Assembly (NCBI GenBank): GCA_964016885.1
Contig: OZ024742.1
Coordinates: 242,792,001 to 242,856,000, forward strand
Reading direction: 5' to 3'
DNA from: Eledone cirrhosa
Taxonomy: Eukaryota
Length of the DNA: 64,000 nucleotides
Under the pieces are notes generated by a model. It was given only the letters and a program-made list of their open reading frames with translations. It ran no database searches and was not told where the DNA came from. Below, piece by piece: positions 13,418 through 27,039 of the stretch. The position numbers and the translations under genes were made by a program. Numbering within the stretch: position 1 is the stretch's first letter; each line of letters opens with the position of its first letter.

Positions 13418-15453
13418 AGAAGCCTCATTCGTATAGCCTGGTCTATTCGATTTTTTATATAGTTAATTATGCTAATTGGGAGAGGAAATAGTATATATTT
13501 TATCTTGTGATTCTATAGACATGTTTTATGATATATAGCTCTGATTGTTTAATTTATTAATTTTTCATTGAGCCAAAAAGTGACCAGTTGCAAAACACGC
13601 ATATGTATGTGTATGTATATATATATGTAAACTTTTATATGTAATAATCTCCCACTAGGTTGAGATACAAATTTGGCTGTATTGTGCTGTGCTTTCTAGC
13701 AAAAATGCCACCAGTCGTAAGCAACTACCACACCCCTTCCAACTTGACCGGGACTACGTCACGATTTTTAGCCATTTTGAAATGAATTCTTGGCGCGATC
13801 GTTTTGGAAAATTTAATGTCTAGATATGAGCGAGCTTCCTAAAGAATCCGGCGCTCGAGTTTATATAATTATTACATAATTATTGGATAACTCAAAACAC
13901 GGACGAAACCATGGTAGAGGTATTTAAGTGTATTCTATTTTCTCCTAGTTTATTTTAAACCTAATTCTGCTTAGTTGACTGTATCTAGGCGATTAAGCTG
14001 TCGAAATATTCGATAAATATTCCACTACGGCCGACGCGAAGCGCTAGTGTTGTTTATTTATTGGAGATTCCTTCATAGAAGCCTCATTCGTATAGCCTGG
14101 TCTATTCGATTTTTTATATAGTTAATTATGCTAATTGCGAGAGGAAATAGTATATATTTTATCTTGTGATTCTATAGACATGTTTTATGATATATAGCTC
14201 TGATTGTTTAATTTATTAATTTTTCATTGAGCCAAAAAGTGACCAGTTGCAAAACACGCATATGTATGTGTATGTATATATATATGTAAACTTTTATATG
14301 TAATAATCTCCCACTAGGTTGAGATACAAATTTGGCTGTATTGTGCTGTGCTTTCTAGCAAAAATGCCACCAGTCGTAACATTTTGAAATGAATTCTTGG
14401 CGCGATCGTTTTGGAAAATTTAATGTCTAGATATGAGCGAGCTTCCTAAAGAATCCGGCGCTCGAGTTTATATAATTATTACATAATTATTGGATAACTC
14501 AAAACACGGACGAAACCATGGTAGAGGTATTTAAGTGTATTCTATTTTCTCCTAGTTTATTTTAAACCTAATTCTGCTTAGTTGACTGTATCTAGGCGAT
14601 TAAGCTGTCGAAATATTCGATAAATATTCCACTACGGCCGACGCGAAGCGCTAGTGTTGGTTATTTATTGGAGATTCCTTCATAGAAGCCTCATTCGTAT
14701 AGCCTGGTCTATTCGATTTTTTATATAGTTAATTATGCTAATTGAGAGAGGAAATAGTATATATTTTATCTTGTGATTCTATAGACATGTTTTATGATAT
14801 ATAGCTCTGATTGTTTAATTTATTAATTTTTCATTGAGCCAAAAAGTGACCAGTTGCAAAACACGCATATGTATGTGTATGTATATATATATGTAAACTT
14901 TTATATGTAATAATCTCCCACTAGTTTGAGATACAAATTTGGCTGTATTGTGCTGTGCTTTCTAGCAAAAATGCCACCAGTCGTAAACAACTACCACACC
15001 CCTTCCAACTTGACCGCGACTACGTCACGATTTTTAGCCATTTTGAAATGAATTCTTGGCGCGATCGTTTTGGAAAATTTAATGTCTAGATATGAGCGAG
15101 CTTCCTAAAGAATCCGGCGCTCGAGTTTATATAATTATTACATAATTATTGGATAACTCAAAACACGGACGAATCCATGGTAGAGGTATTTAAGTGTATT
15201 CTATTTTCTCCTAGTTTATTTTAAACCTAATTCTGCTTAGTTGACTGTATCTAGGCGATTAAGCTGTCGAAATATTCGATAAATATTCCACTACGGCCGA
15301 CGCGAAGCGCTAGTTTTGGTTATTTATTGGAGATTCCTTCATAGAAGCCTCATTCGTATAGCCTGGTCTATTCGATTTTTTATATAGTTAATTATGCTAA
15401 TTGGGAGAGGAAATAGTATATATTTTATCTTGTGATTCTATAGACATGTTTTA

Positions 15454-15460
<7 letters not shown>
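13418..15460 (+). repeat. Tandem array of about 3.2 copies of a 659-bp unit
   Basis: Units start at 13418, 14077, 14684 and 15343. Unit 2 lacks about 52 bp. The units are almost identical and the array ends in (TA)n. Confidence 0.9.
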
Positions 15461-15521
<61 letters not shown>

Positions 15522-15579
15522 AGTGAGGTTGTTTTACAAAATGAAAAATAACCGAGGTGTCCTACACGAGTGAAATTAT

Positions 15580-15860
15580 AAAGAAAATAAAGATGAAATC
15601 GAAAATGCAACTGGAGTCTTATTTTTTTTTAAATATATATATTTATTTGGTTCCTTTACCGGTTTCGCAGTTCTTCTGCTTTTCAAAAGTAGAGTTGAGA
15701 TGAAGTGTCTGTGGTTTTTGAAAAACCACAGACCCTCCATCTCAACTCTACTTTTGAAAAGCAGAAGAACTGCGAAACCGGTAAAGGAACCAAATAAATA
15801 TATATATTTTTTTTTAAATAAGACTCCAGTTGCATTTTCAATTTCATCTTTTTTTCTTTA
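15580..15860. repeat. Near-perfect ~280-bp palindrome in a (TA)n-flanked island
   Basis: Centre at about 15720 (tgtggtttttg|aaaaaccaca), with arms of about 140 bp. Confidence 0.9.
15751..15786 (+). ncRNA. Minimal hammerhead with covarying U3-A8 core
   Basis: ctt-TTGAAAA-gcag aagaa ctgc-GAAA-ccgg-TA-aag. A mirror copy lies on the minus strand in the left arm. Confidence 0.7.
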
Positions 15861-15874
15861 TATATATATATATA

Positions 15875-16731
15875 CTAGCAGAAGTACCCGGCGTTGCCCG
15901 GGTGTAAGACGACCTTTGGTCTGTTAGAATGTGTGAAAGTTACTTCCCGCGCATCACAGCTTCAAAACTTCGAACTTCAATGAAAAAAATAGGTTAGTAG
16001 ACGCAGGTGTGTAATTTATTAATTGTAGTTACACAGTGTATCGTTGAAATTGTTCTCTGCACGACTGACGGAAGTCAAAATCGCTTGATATTGAATGTTC
16101 AGTTAATTTAAAGCAGGGTGAAAATGTCGATTTTTTTCAGGGTTGTTTTTTTTTTACAATTTTTGCGCTCACGTATGCAGAAGAAGAATTAAAAGGGCCT
16201 TTATCTTAATCGCGGCCTAATGGCGAGTCTTTTGTGACAGTTTTCAAGAATATCGGACGTTCCTGTAAAAAGTTTTCCCATGTGTAACTTTGCCTTGTTT
16301 TTTTGCGCAAAGTCGAACCGCTCTTTAGTTTTATTGATTGTTTACATCAATGCGTGATCTCTGAAGTAGATTTGAATATGAAAAGATAAACTCTTTAATG
16401 GTCGGTCGTTTACTGAGACAGCTGGGAAGACATGCAGCTGACCGTCCAATCAATAACGCACGTCCTTATATGGGCATATGAAATTTATTTTTATTGCGCC
16501 AGATGTAAACTAAGAGTTCTTGTGTTCGAATTCACATAAAATTTCATTGGAATCGAAAAACATTCTGTCATATGGCCCGATTATCGATTTTTCGAAAATT
16601 TCAAGTAGCCTATTCCACTCTACGCGTTTAGTTTTATATATGTGTGAGGTTTCATGAAAATTGGATGAACGGTGTAGCATGCAAGTTCGGAACACCAAAC
16701 AATGCCCATCTTCACTTTATTTATTTATTTA

Positions 16732-16770
<39 letters not shown>
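15875..16770 (-). mobile_element. Non-autonomous Helitron-like element
   Basis: Minus-strand 3' end cccgggcaacgccgggtacttctgCTAG|t (GC hairpin + CTAG). The 5' end merges into an AT repeat, so that boundary is approximate. Confidence 0.7.
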
Positions 16771-16779
<9 letters not shown>

Positions 16780-16795
<16 letters not shown>

Positions 16796-17053
16796 TATAT
16801 ACATATGGTCTTGTTCTTGGCTCTTTGAACTCTGCTGCTGGTAATCGAACTTTGTGGGGAGAGATGTCACATGTTAATGCTCAGTCTGCAACTAGCGGAG
16901 TTTACGTCACAAGATATATATATATCTATCTATATCTTGTGACGTAAACTCCGCCAGTTGCAGACTGAGCATTAACATGTGACATCTCTCCCCACAAAGT
17001 TCGATTACCAGCAGCAGAGTTCAAAGAGCAAAGAACAACACCATATGTATATA

Positions 17054-17066
<13 letters not shown>
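16780..17066. repeat. Long palindrome flanked by (CA)/(TA) repeats
   Basis: Arms of about 135 bp with a few mismatches around a short TA/TCTA loop at about 16915-16932. Confidence 0.9.
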
Positions 17067-17122
<56 letters not shown>

Positions 17123-17289
17123 CAATATGTAGAAAAGATAACACACCAGAGAGAGAGACTGTGCGCCATCAGTCAAACAGGGAAAAACCACCAGTGTATG
17201 GAATCTATAGCCCTTGGAAGGCAAAGTAGACACACAATAATTAAAAGTATAAATCAAAGTGCAAACACATACCTTGATAACTATCTAAC

Positions 17290-17372
17290 ACACACGTACA
17301 AATCAAAAAGGATCTGTTTCACCAACTAATTTGTTGTCAGAAATGATTACCCTATGGTTCATCAGCGTGTGT
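17290..17372 (-). ncRNA. Type I hammerhead ribozyme with large stem II insertion
   Basis: Minus strand reads acacacg-CTGATGA-acca...tggt-GAAA-cagatc cttttt gatttg-TA-cgtgtgt. All three stems pair and the cleavage triplet is GUA. Confidence 0.85.
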
Positions 17373-17581
17373 AAGGCTATACATTTCAGACAACACTAAA
17401 AGAATCTAAAGCGACCGTCCAGCCACACGTGGGAGAGAGAATTCACAGCGTGCCTAGGGCAGCAACCAGTGGACTCTGAGGGACGAGCTGCTAGAAAGGG
17501 CAGCCCAAACCACTCAGAGAAGTGTGCTCAACCAAACAGATAGAGAGGAGAGACTGTTATAAGGAGAGAAATATTACGATG

Positions 17582-17640
<59 letters not shown>

Positions 17641-17644
<4 letters not shown>

Positions 17645-18300
17645 TTAATGCGAAGAAATATCGATGATAGTTAGAAGATCACTGATGATGGACAGTCCCG
17701 TTTCTCACTCTATTTTCATTCATATGTATCACACTCGCAACAACGCAGCACGCCATTTTTTCATTCATATATCATTTTTCCTCTCTTTGTCGTTTTTTCC
17801 TCTCGCTGTCGTCTTTTTCTATCACCTTACTGCTATCCTCTTTCTCTTTCCCCCTTCTCTCTCCTTGTACCTCTTGCTTTCATTCACTCCCTCTGCTGGT
17901 CACACTCTCTCGGCTGGCCTCTTCTTCATACTTTCACTCACCCACTCTCTGCAGCTCCCCCTCTCTCACTTCCTCCCGTCTGACCTGTGTGAAATCGTTT
18001 TCTTGCTCACATTTCGCAGGGTTCGGACGCGTCTGCCGTCTTCTCGTCGTTATTTGTTCGAACTTAAGTTCACATGTATCATTGACTTGTCTCTCATTTC
18101 CTCTCTTTACGTCGCATTACTACTTGTGTTTGTTTACTGTCCCTCTTTCTCCACCCAATTCGCTCTGTCCCAATAACTTATTTTAGTTATTGCTCGCACT
18201 GATTTTGAGATATCTGATCTTTAATGCGAAGAAATATCGATGATAGTCAGAAGGTCACTGATGATGGACAGTCCCGTTTCTCGCTCTATGTTTCATTCAT
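17641..18300 (+). repeat. Dispersed repeat of about 580-bp period with ~80-bp terminal direct repeats (pLTR-like)
   Basis: ctttaatgcgaagaaatatcgatgatag...ctgatgatggacagtcccg occurs at 17643 and 18220. A diverged copy lies at about 2487-2935. Confidence 0.7.
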
Positions 18301-19324
18301 ATATATACACACACACACACGCGCGCGCACGCACACACACACATATACCACACGACACGACACCACACCACACACAGACATATATCTATATATATGTATG
18401 TGTCTGTATTTGCATGTATATAACATGTATATTGCATATATATACATACGTGTTTTACATATACTATATGCGTATTATATATACATGTGTATATGGGGTT
18501 TCATGTATATTTGTATATATCTATTTGTGCCTATATGTGTTTTAATGTGGGATTACTAAGGTAAACGTTTGTACTCCTAACCTTTTGAACTTCTAGACCA
18601 GGTGCATAGATTAAATGTGTGAAGTAGATGGAGTTCATATTTGTTCAGATGAACAGAAATCTTGTTATTAATGGGAGAATAGCTAAACAATACCAGAGGG
18701 AGATCGTTTTGTGGGTCGCTTATGTTATTTTTGTTGCTTAGCTACAGGCAAGCTCTGATCGAACAGACCCATTCATATGGAATTATAAAATTTCCCAAAG
18801 GTGTATTCTACGTGAAGAACTTATAACTAAATGTTGGTTATTTTACTTGAAGTTGTGAGCCGAAAATAATTTTTATCTAATTGAAACTATAGCCCTGGCG
18901 AGAAGAAATATCTTGAAAAGCCAATCAACTAGAAATTAAATGATGATATGCAAGATCTGAGTTTGATATTAGACTCCCACGATGATAACTCCGGGAATAC
19001 GTCGGTTTTATTAGACCTCCCCTCCCCCAGGTAAGTATAGTACACTTAGTATATTGTGGGGAATATTTAACAGAAGCAGTAAAACATATACTACATCTAA
19101 CGTACGACAGAAGAGACGAGGAAGTACAGTTTCCCAGTGGATGAAAGCATTTTATTGTTAGTGGTTGTGCAAACAACATTGGCTAAAAAGTGCGTCAGAT
19201 CTGCCTTAAAGACACCCACAAAAGCTGGCTACCTCAGAAATCTTCTTCTTAAGATAGATGGTACTGAAACGTTACTGTCTGATATGTATTTTGTCATTTT
19301 ATAAAGAAGTTGCTAGGACATGTA

Positions 19325-19532
19325 TAGGGGTGGACCAAAAGTCACGTCCATTAAAAGAAATTCATACATTTTTTATTATTAAACTACTGTATTTTCTTGT
19401 TCTTTCAGATTAAAGTTGAATAAAATGAAGATCCAATATGGAAAATACACCTTCCATGAAAAATTAGTTTGGGGTTAATTTGTAATGTTTTATTAATAAA
19501 AATGGGTAAGAAGTGACTTTGGGCCCACCCTA
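19325..19532. mobile_element. Tc1/mariner-type MITE
   Basis: TIRs taggggtggaccaaaagtcac / gtgactttgggcccacccta flanked by TA. Confidence 0.7.
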
Positions 19533-20497
19533 TATATAACTGCTAGATGAGTGTGGAATGAGGCTGATATGATTGAAGAGATATCAAATTTAAGATATAA
19601 AATTGAAGTAAACGATGATTGGCTGTAAAGTGGATATTCCTTCTATATACTGTACTGATTGTGTTGTTATTTCTGTTTACCTTTTACATACATATATATA
19701 TATGTGCGTGTGTGTGTGCGTGTGTGTGTGTGTATGTGTGTGTATGTGTGGGGGGTGAGTATGTATATATGTATGTATGTATATATGTGCGTGTGTGTTT
19801 TCGTTGCTCAGTGAGTGGGATTGGTCGAGTGCAAGGCCTTTCCCCACAGAAAAAAATCTTCAAATCATAGGTATTGCTTATTCAGGTTATGTTACGGGTT
19901 CGTGTGGCTGGCCGTAGCCTAAATGTGCACTATTTTCTGTAATCTGACAAGCGATTGCAATACTCTTGGCAGAGTTTGCAGACATCATGTATGTGTGTAT
20001 GTATGTATGTGTGTACATATGTATGTATGTATGTACTGGGAAAACTCCGATATAAAACCTGCGGCTCAGTAGTTACCGATGATGTTGATCCTGTCTTCTT
20101 TTCGGGTTATAGCTACTGTCGCTCAGAGAGTGGGATTGGCTCAGTGCACAGTCTTTCCTCACTTTAAAAAATATCTTCACGCACAGGCATTGTACGATAG
20201 AATTAGTTAATAATTATTAATAATGGTATATCGTGCAATGGCCATACTCGATAACGAGGGGGCAGCCATCATATATGTATGTATGTCGATATGATTCAGA
20301 GAAAAACTTGAGCGAAATTTAATTAGACCAGCTGAGACAGTTGGATTAAAGTTCTTAAAGATTTTTCTTCCTTCTTTTTCATTTTTATATGAAGGAACAG
20401 AGAGAAATACATGTAAGATTCATTCTTAATTAAGTATATGTGTAGAGGGCAGGGTCTTTGAAGATGTGTGCCTGCATGTGTGTATGTAACTGTTTTC

Positions 20498-20592
<95 letters not shown>

Positions 20593-20660
20593 GTTGTGTA
20601 CAGAGAGAGGGGAGAGAGAGTCTTGTGCAATGATTCTGTGAGTACACAGGTAAAACACCA

Positions 20661-20713
<53 letters not shown>

Positions 20714-20782
20714 CATATATATATATACGTATATATATATATATATATAATATATATATATATACACATATATATATATACG

Positions 20783-20876
<94 letters not shown>

Positions 20877-20908
20877 ACGCAGTGGAACACAAATATATAT
20901 ATATGTAC

Positions 20909-20989
<81 letters not shown>

Positions 20990-21040
20990 CATATATATAT
21001 ATACATACATACATATATATATACATGCATACATATATAT

Positions 21041-21105
<65 letters not shown>

Positions 21106-21441
21106 ATATATATATATACTTACATGTATGTGTGCGAATGTGTATGCATGTGTAGTCATGCATATATTCATATGTGTGTGCGCTCGCGTATGAGTACATG
21201 CGCACGCATCGGTACACGCTTACACAGAAATACACACACAACGGCAGCAGCAGCAGCTTTATTGTTGAATATCTGTCTGAACCTTGAAGTGCAATTTAAG
21301 TCTTACAGGAGTTCTGTATTCTCAGACTTACCACTAATTCCATACATTGTCTCCAGGGAACTGCTAGTTAGAACATATGTGGTGTAGAGAATTATCTCAC
21401 TTGAAAATAATGGGCGTAGTGTGTAGAGTATACATATATAA

Positions 21442-21477
<36 letters not shown>

Positions 21478-21491
21478 ATATACACACACAT

Positions 21492-21547
<56 letters not shown>

Positions 21548-21556
21548 GTATACTCT

Positions 21557-21604
<48 letters not shown>

Positions 21605-21693
21605 AGGGGGTGTAACTAGGAGTTACTGCAGGTTCACCCGGGAGAGCACTCGATGTTTAGGTTCACTTCTGTGATGAGGTGTAGAGCTGTAAA

Positions 21694-22022
21694 ATATTGA
21701 AAGGATAACAAGGACGATTGATTATTCCTTCATTGCATTTGTTGATAGGTGACGCGCGTTTCGCCACTGATCATCTCAAGGTTCGATCTATATCGATCCT
21801 ACCCGACTCAATAATCGGCAGCTCGACGGACTCTCTTAAAATGCTATATTTTCATTTTCATTTTCTTATAGCATTTTAAGAGAGTCCGTCGAGCTGCCGA
21901 TTATTGAGTCGGGTAGGATCGACATAGATCGAACCTTGAGCTGATCAGTGGCGAAACGCGCGTCACCTATCAACAAATGCAATGAAGGAATAATCAATCG
22001 TCCTTGTTATCCTTTCAATATA
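21694..22022. repeat. Near-perfect fold-back carrying a hammerhead 3' half, with an unpaired tail at 21603-21693
   Basis: Arms 21694-21848 and 21868-22022, with GAAAC-GCGC-GTC at 21953-21964. Confidence 0.85.
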
Positions 22023-22037
22023 TATATATATATATAC

Positions 22038-22084
<47 letters not shown>

Positions 22085-22111
22085 TGTGTGTTAGGGTCCT
22101 TTATTAATTGA

Positions 22112-22162
22112 GCTGTTATACATATTTCAATGACGATAGATATCGTGATTTCTTCAGACAGC
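22112..22162 (-). ncRNA. Minimal type I hammerhead ribozyme
   Basis: gctgt-CTGAAGA-aatcacgata tc tatcgtcatt-GAAA-tatgta-TA-acagc. Confidence 0.8.
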
Positions 22163-22421
22163 AAAAATTGATTAAAAGGTAACATATCCGAGGCAATTTT
22201 GGGTGGAAGGGAGTGGACTAAAAATAATATATGTTTCTGCTTTGAGTGTCCACTCCCTTCTAACTTTTCAGGACCTCCTCACAGCCCTGCTCAGTTACAG
22301 GTGTGTGGGTGGCTGACCACTCAACTACAACCGAGAATACCACCAACTTTTTACTTGCTCTCACTATTATACGCTCAGTTCAGACCAGCCAAAATTGCCC
22401 GTTACCTTTTAATCAATTTTT

Positions 22422-22472
22422 GTTGTCTGAAGAAATCACGATATCTATCGTCATTGAAATATGTATAACAGC
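22422..22472 (+). ncRNA. Minimal type I hammerhead ribozyme (mirror copy)
   Basis: gttgt-CTGAAGA-aatcacgata tc tatcgtcatt-GAAA-tatgta-TA-acagc. Confidence 0.8.
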
Positions 22473-22599
22473 TCAATTAATAAAGGACCCTAACATCTTC
22501 AACTTCGCATTTTCCTCTTTATTTAATATACGCCGGTCAAAAATGTACTCGAAATTAAGAGAAAGAGAGAGATGCATGAGGATTGCAGCGTCTTCACAG

Positions 22600-23378
22600 A
22601 CGATTGACGTCTTTTATTGATTCTTCGTTATCATACCATCTGCGTCCATGACTTTGTAGGCCAGCTGTAGATCTGCATGGTTTACGACACAGGTGACAGA
22701 AGAGAGTTGTGCTTTCCACAGGATTGGTGGTGTCACCCTGTGGGACACAATTTGTATTTACCGCCATGTATCTTTTTAGTCCGGAACTAGTTCTACACTT
22801 TGTTGCATATCACGCACGTTGTTTCGCCAAGTCTTTGTTGAGTGGTGTCGCAGGTGGTTATCCTTTCATGTGACTTCAGGTGATTAACATAACTAACCTT
22901 TGAGAAGAGTACACGCTGATAGAAATTGCATGTCCAACTACTGATGACTTTAGCAAGACTGTGAGCACAGTCTTTCCGGAGCTGACGCTTCAGTTTTTAT
23001 CTCCTAGACGACATTCTCAAACGTTTTGTAACTGCCCATTGTGCGCTTTCTCCACTCAGCCCTATTTAGAGCGATCTCTTCCCAGTTATCTATATCAAAT
23101 GCCAGCTCTTTGAGATTGTTCTTGATGCTGTCCCTGAACCTCATTTTCGGTTTGTGTTGAGGTTTTTTTCCAGCATGGAGCTCATCGTAAAACAGTTGCT
23201 TCGGGATCCTGCTTTCTTTCATGCGGACGATATATCCAATCCAGCGCATTTGAGAAGATGAAACTTGGGACTCTACATTTGGACATTCTGCTTTGATAAG
23301 AACATGTATGCCAGGAGTTCTATCTTGCCACTTGATGCCTCAAGCATGCCTGCTGAAAACGCTCAAGCAATTTGTAAG
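22600..23378 (-). mobile_element. Degenerate RTE-clade LINE 3' fragment with C2H2 finger remnants
   Basis: LERFQQACLR and RWIGYIVRMKESRIPKQLFYDEL, followed by degenerate CxxC...H motifs. Confidence 0.75.
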
Positions 23379-23440
23379 TACATACATACATACATACATA
23401 CATACATACATACATACATACATACATACATACATACATA

Positions 23441-25411
23441 AATGATTCAAGAAAAAACAACAAAGAATCGCAGAAACATGACTGTCGTGTGGCTGGACTA
23501 TCAAAAAGCATTTGATAGTGTACCTCATGGGTGGATTATTAAGGCTTTACAGTTAGCTAAAGTCCCACAACCATTGGTAGCTGCTGTTGAACGCCTGACC
23601 AAGAACTGGTACACCAATTTGATCCTTAGAGGTGAGAAGGAGCAGGTTAAGACTGATAAGATACATTACCAGAAGGGCATCTTTCAGGGTGATAGCTTGT
23701 CAGTACTACTCTTCGTTCTCTTACTGAATCTACTATCTTACCTACTCAGGAAACAAGGTGGACAAAGAAGTGGGCCCAGAAGTATCTCCCATCTTTTCTT
23801 TGTTGATGACCTGAAGTTGTATGGGCCAAATATCAATGACATCAAGAAACAATTGGACCTCATTACACAATTTTCAACCGACATCAAAATGAAATTTGGT
23901 GAGTCCAAGTGTGCATATTTGGCAGTAAAACGTGGAAGAGCTGTGCCCTCCTCTAGAAATCTAGAGATGAACGGCCTGACAATACAACCTCTGCAGTCAG
24001 GTGACAACTATAGATATCTTGGACAGGATGAGAATGTCAGATATGATGGACCCATAAATAAGGAGAGAACCAGAACTGAATACCTCAGAAGAGTAAAGAA
24101 AATATGGTCATCAGAACTGTCAGCATACAACAAATACATTGCCCACAATACCTATGCTGTGCCAATTCTAACGCCAACATTTGGCCTACTGAACTGGTCA
24201 TTGCAAGAACTAAGTGAGATGGATGTTAGAACTCGAAAACTTCTCAGTGTTACTGGGAACTTTAACATCAATGGTGATGTGGATAGGCTATACTTCTCAC
24301 GCAAGGAAGGTGGCCGGGGTCTAAAATCAATATTAACAACATATGAGACCCGGATAGTAACACTGAAGCAACACCTTCAACAGAGGAAAAAGGTTGGCAA
24401 CCATCTTGCTCAGGTTTATGAGCATGAAAAAAGAAATATCATTAGAATAGCGACTGATCTGGAGGAGAGATATGGAATAAAGCCTGATATAAATCTCTCA
24501 CCCAGAGAAATCGGAAGATCCTATTCAATGTTCAAACAAGAAAAAAGAAAATTGACCAATTTACAGAGAAAGTTGTGCATGGATACTTGAGGCGTAAAAC
24601 ACAGACCATAGAGGGGATAAACCACTCAAAAAGCCTGGCATGGAGTTCCGACAAGTTTATGACATCACACCTTGAGGGATATCTCTATGCAATACAGGAA
24701 CAAGAACTCCCTACCAAATATCTGCTGCACAAAAGAGGAGGGCCAGCAGCTGACAATAAATGTAGGCTATGTAAAACAAAGATCGAGGATGTAAGCCACA
24801 TTGTTGCCAGCTGCGAAAGAATGTCATCTCGCTACTACCTCCCCATGAGACACGATGGGATAGCTAGAACCATCTGGAACGCACTTCGGAAAACAAAATT
24901 AACAACAAACGAGGATGAATATATTGAGACAGATGGCACTAAGGAATACTGGTGGAACCTGAAAATAAAAACTGCCACCAAATTAAAGCACAACCGGCCT
25001 GATATTGTAGTTTGGGACCACACATTGAAAACGTGTTCTGTTGTGGAGATCAGCTGCCCACTTGATGTAAACGTTGTCAGAAAAATACAGGAGAAGGAGG
25101 ACATCTACGGACCATTGATGAGGAGTTTACAAATCCAGTATCCAAGATACACCTTTAGCTTCATACCCATCATTATTGGTGCTACGGGTTATATACCAAC
25201 CCGCTTGGACCAAAGTATGACCGAACTTGGATTTGCGGACAAAAAGCGCAGCTCCCTAATTCATAGTCTACAAATGGCTGCGATAGCTGGCACCTTCAAA
25301 ATTTGCAAAACTTCTTGCGATTCAAGGGATGACAATTTCTTTTCTTTTACAACCTTGCCACCAGGAAGGTGGCCGGTCAAAAAATATAGTCGAAATTAAG
25401 AGAAAGAGAAA
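23441..25411 (+). mobile_element. R4/Dong-clade non-LTR retrotransposon (RT + CCHC + restriction-like endonuclease), 5'-truncated and frameshifted
   Basis: WLDYQKAFDSVPH, GIFQGDSLS, FFVDDLKLY, CRLC..E...HI...C, RHD and RPDIVV..VEISCP. Flanked by (TACA)n on both sides. Confidence 0.88.
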
Positions 25412-25472
25412 ACATACTTACATACATACATACATACTTACATACATACATACATACTTACATACATACATA

Positions 25473-26260
25473 GAGAAGGAAGACGTCTACGGGCCATTGA
25501 TGAGGAATTTGTTTATCCAGTATCCAAGATACACTTTCAGCTTCATACCCGTCATTATTGGAGCTACAGGTTGTAAACCAACCAGCTTGGACCAAAGTAT
25601 AACTGAACTTGGATTTGTGGACCTCCCTAATTCATAGACTACAAACACGGTCGCGATATCTGGCACCTTCAAAATTTGCAAAGCATGACAATTTCTTTTT
25701 TTTTACAACCTTGCCACCAGGAAGGTGGCCGGTCAAAAATATACTCGAAATTAAGAGAAAGAGAAACATACATACATACATAATACATACATACATACAT
25801 ACATACATACATACATACATACATACATACATACATACATACATACATACATACATACATACATACCACACATTAAAAACGTGTTCTGTTGTGGAGATCA
25901 GCTGCCCACTTGATGTAAACGTTGTCAGAAAAATACAGGAGAAGGAGGACATCTACGGACCATTGATGAGGAGTTTACAAATCCAGTATCCAAGATACAC
26001 CTTTAGCTTCATACCCATCATTATTGGTGCTACGGGTTATATACCAACCCGCTTGGACCAAAGTATGACTGAACTTGGATTTGCGGACAAAGAGCGCAGC
26101 TCCCTAATTCATAGTCTACAAATGGCTGCGATAGCTGGCACCTTCAAAATTTGCAAAACATTCTTGCGATTCAAGGGATGACAATTTCTTTTCCTTTACA
26201 ACCTTGACACCAGGAAGGTGCCCGGTCAAAAAAATATACTCGAAATTAAGAGAAAGAAAT
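25473..26260 (+). mobile_element. Two further 5'-truncated copies of the same R4/Dong element
   Basis: 25473-25767 and 25865-26260 repeat the RLE C-terminus and 3' UTR, each bounded by (TACA)n. A 3'-end scrap also lies at 22532-22568. Confidence 0.85.
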
Positions 26261-27039
26261 AACATACATATATACATACATACATAACTGCATATACCCA
26301 TGTACAGATACAAAGCGTATACACATGCACACATACAACTCAAACCATACACATCTACACATACAATAACATCCATACCTGCATACACGAGCATGCATGC
26401 AGACATGCTGACATATCTACCTAGTTGATGTGTAAATTCCAATGAGAGTCTTGTGTCTATGTTAGAAACTCTCTCTCTATTGGCAAAAATTTGTGAAATT
26501 ATAAAACCAGAACGAACATACATTCACACACACGCATATATACATACATACATACATACATACATACATGGTGGCTGCCAACTCCTTTTCGAGTACGGCC
26601 ACTACTTTATATCCATGTAGGAGAACCTCTACCGATGCACTGAACGAGTGTGACTTTTTAGTCCAGCAAGCGACTTGAAAACTCTGGTACAAACACTACA
26701 CTTGTGACAATTATTGACACATAGTGCTGGGCCCATGGTACCATGTGACGACAAGTGCAGAGAGATCTCCAGATATAAAGCAATGCCTGTGCCGTGAAGC
26801 TTTTATAGTGAGCAAAGGCACTGCACAAAGCGAGTCCCACTCTCTTAACCAAGATGATATTTACCAAAAAGAAGAACAAGTCAACATCATTGGATACCAT
26901 AAGAGTTGCAGGTGTTATATCAGAGTTTTCCTTCTCCTAGAATTCTGCCTTGACAAAGGCTAAGGGGTCATCTCATTCATACATACATACATACATACAT
27001 ACATACATACATACATACATACATACATACATACATACA

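Larger units (their letters stand above)
22089..22495. repeat. Inverted repeat (about 95-bp arms) with a hammerhead in each arm
   Basis: Arms 22089-22183 and 22401-22495. Confidence 0.9.

Noticed and set aside
13418-15460. CRISPR-like or viral array
   Set aside because: The units are long and near-identical, with no unique spacers and no coding capacity.
17474-17519. Possible SECIS hairpin
   Set aside because: It lacks the RUGA/GA quartet on either strand.
17643-18275. CTGATGA in the direct repeats as a hammerhead
   Set aside because: No downstream GAAA/stem III could be assembled, the permuted fold is poor, and it is not conserved in the 2860-2920 copy.
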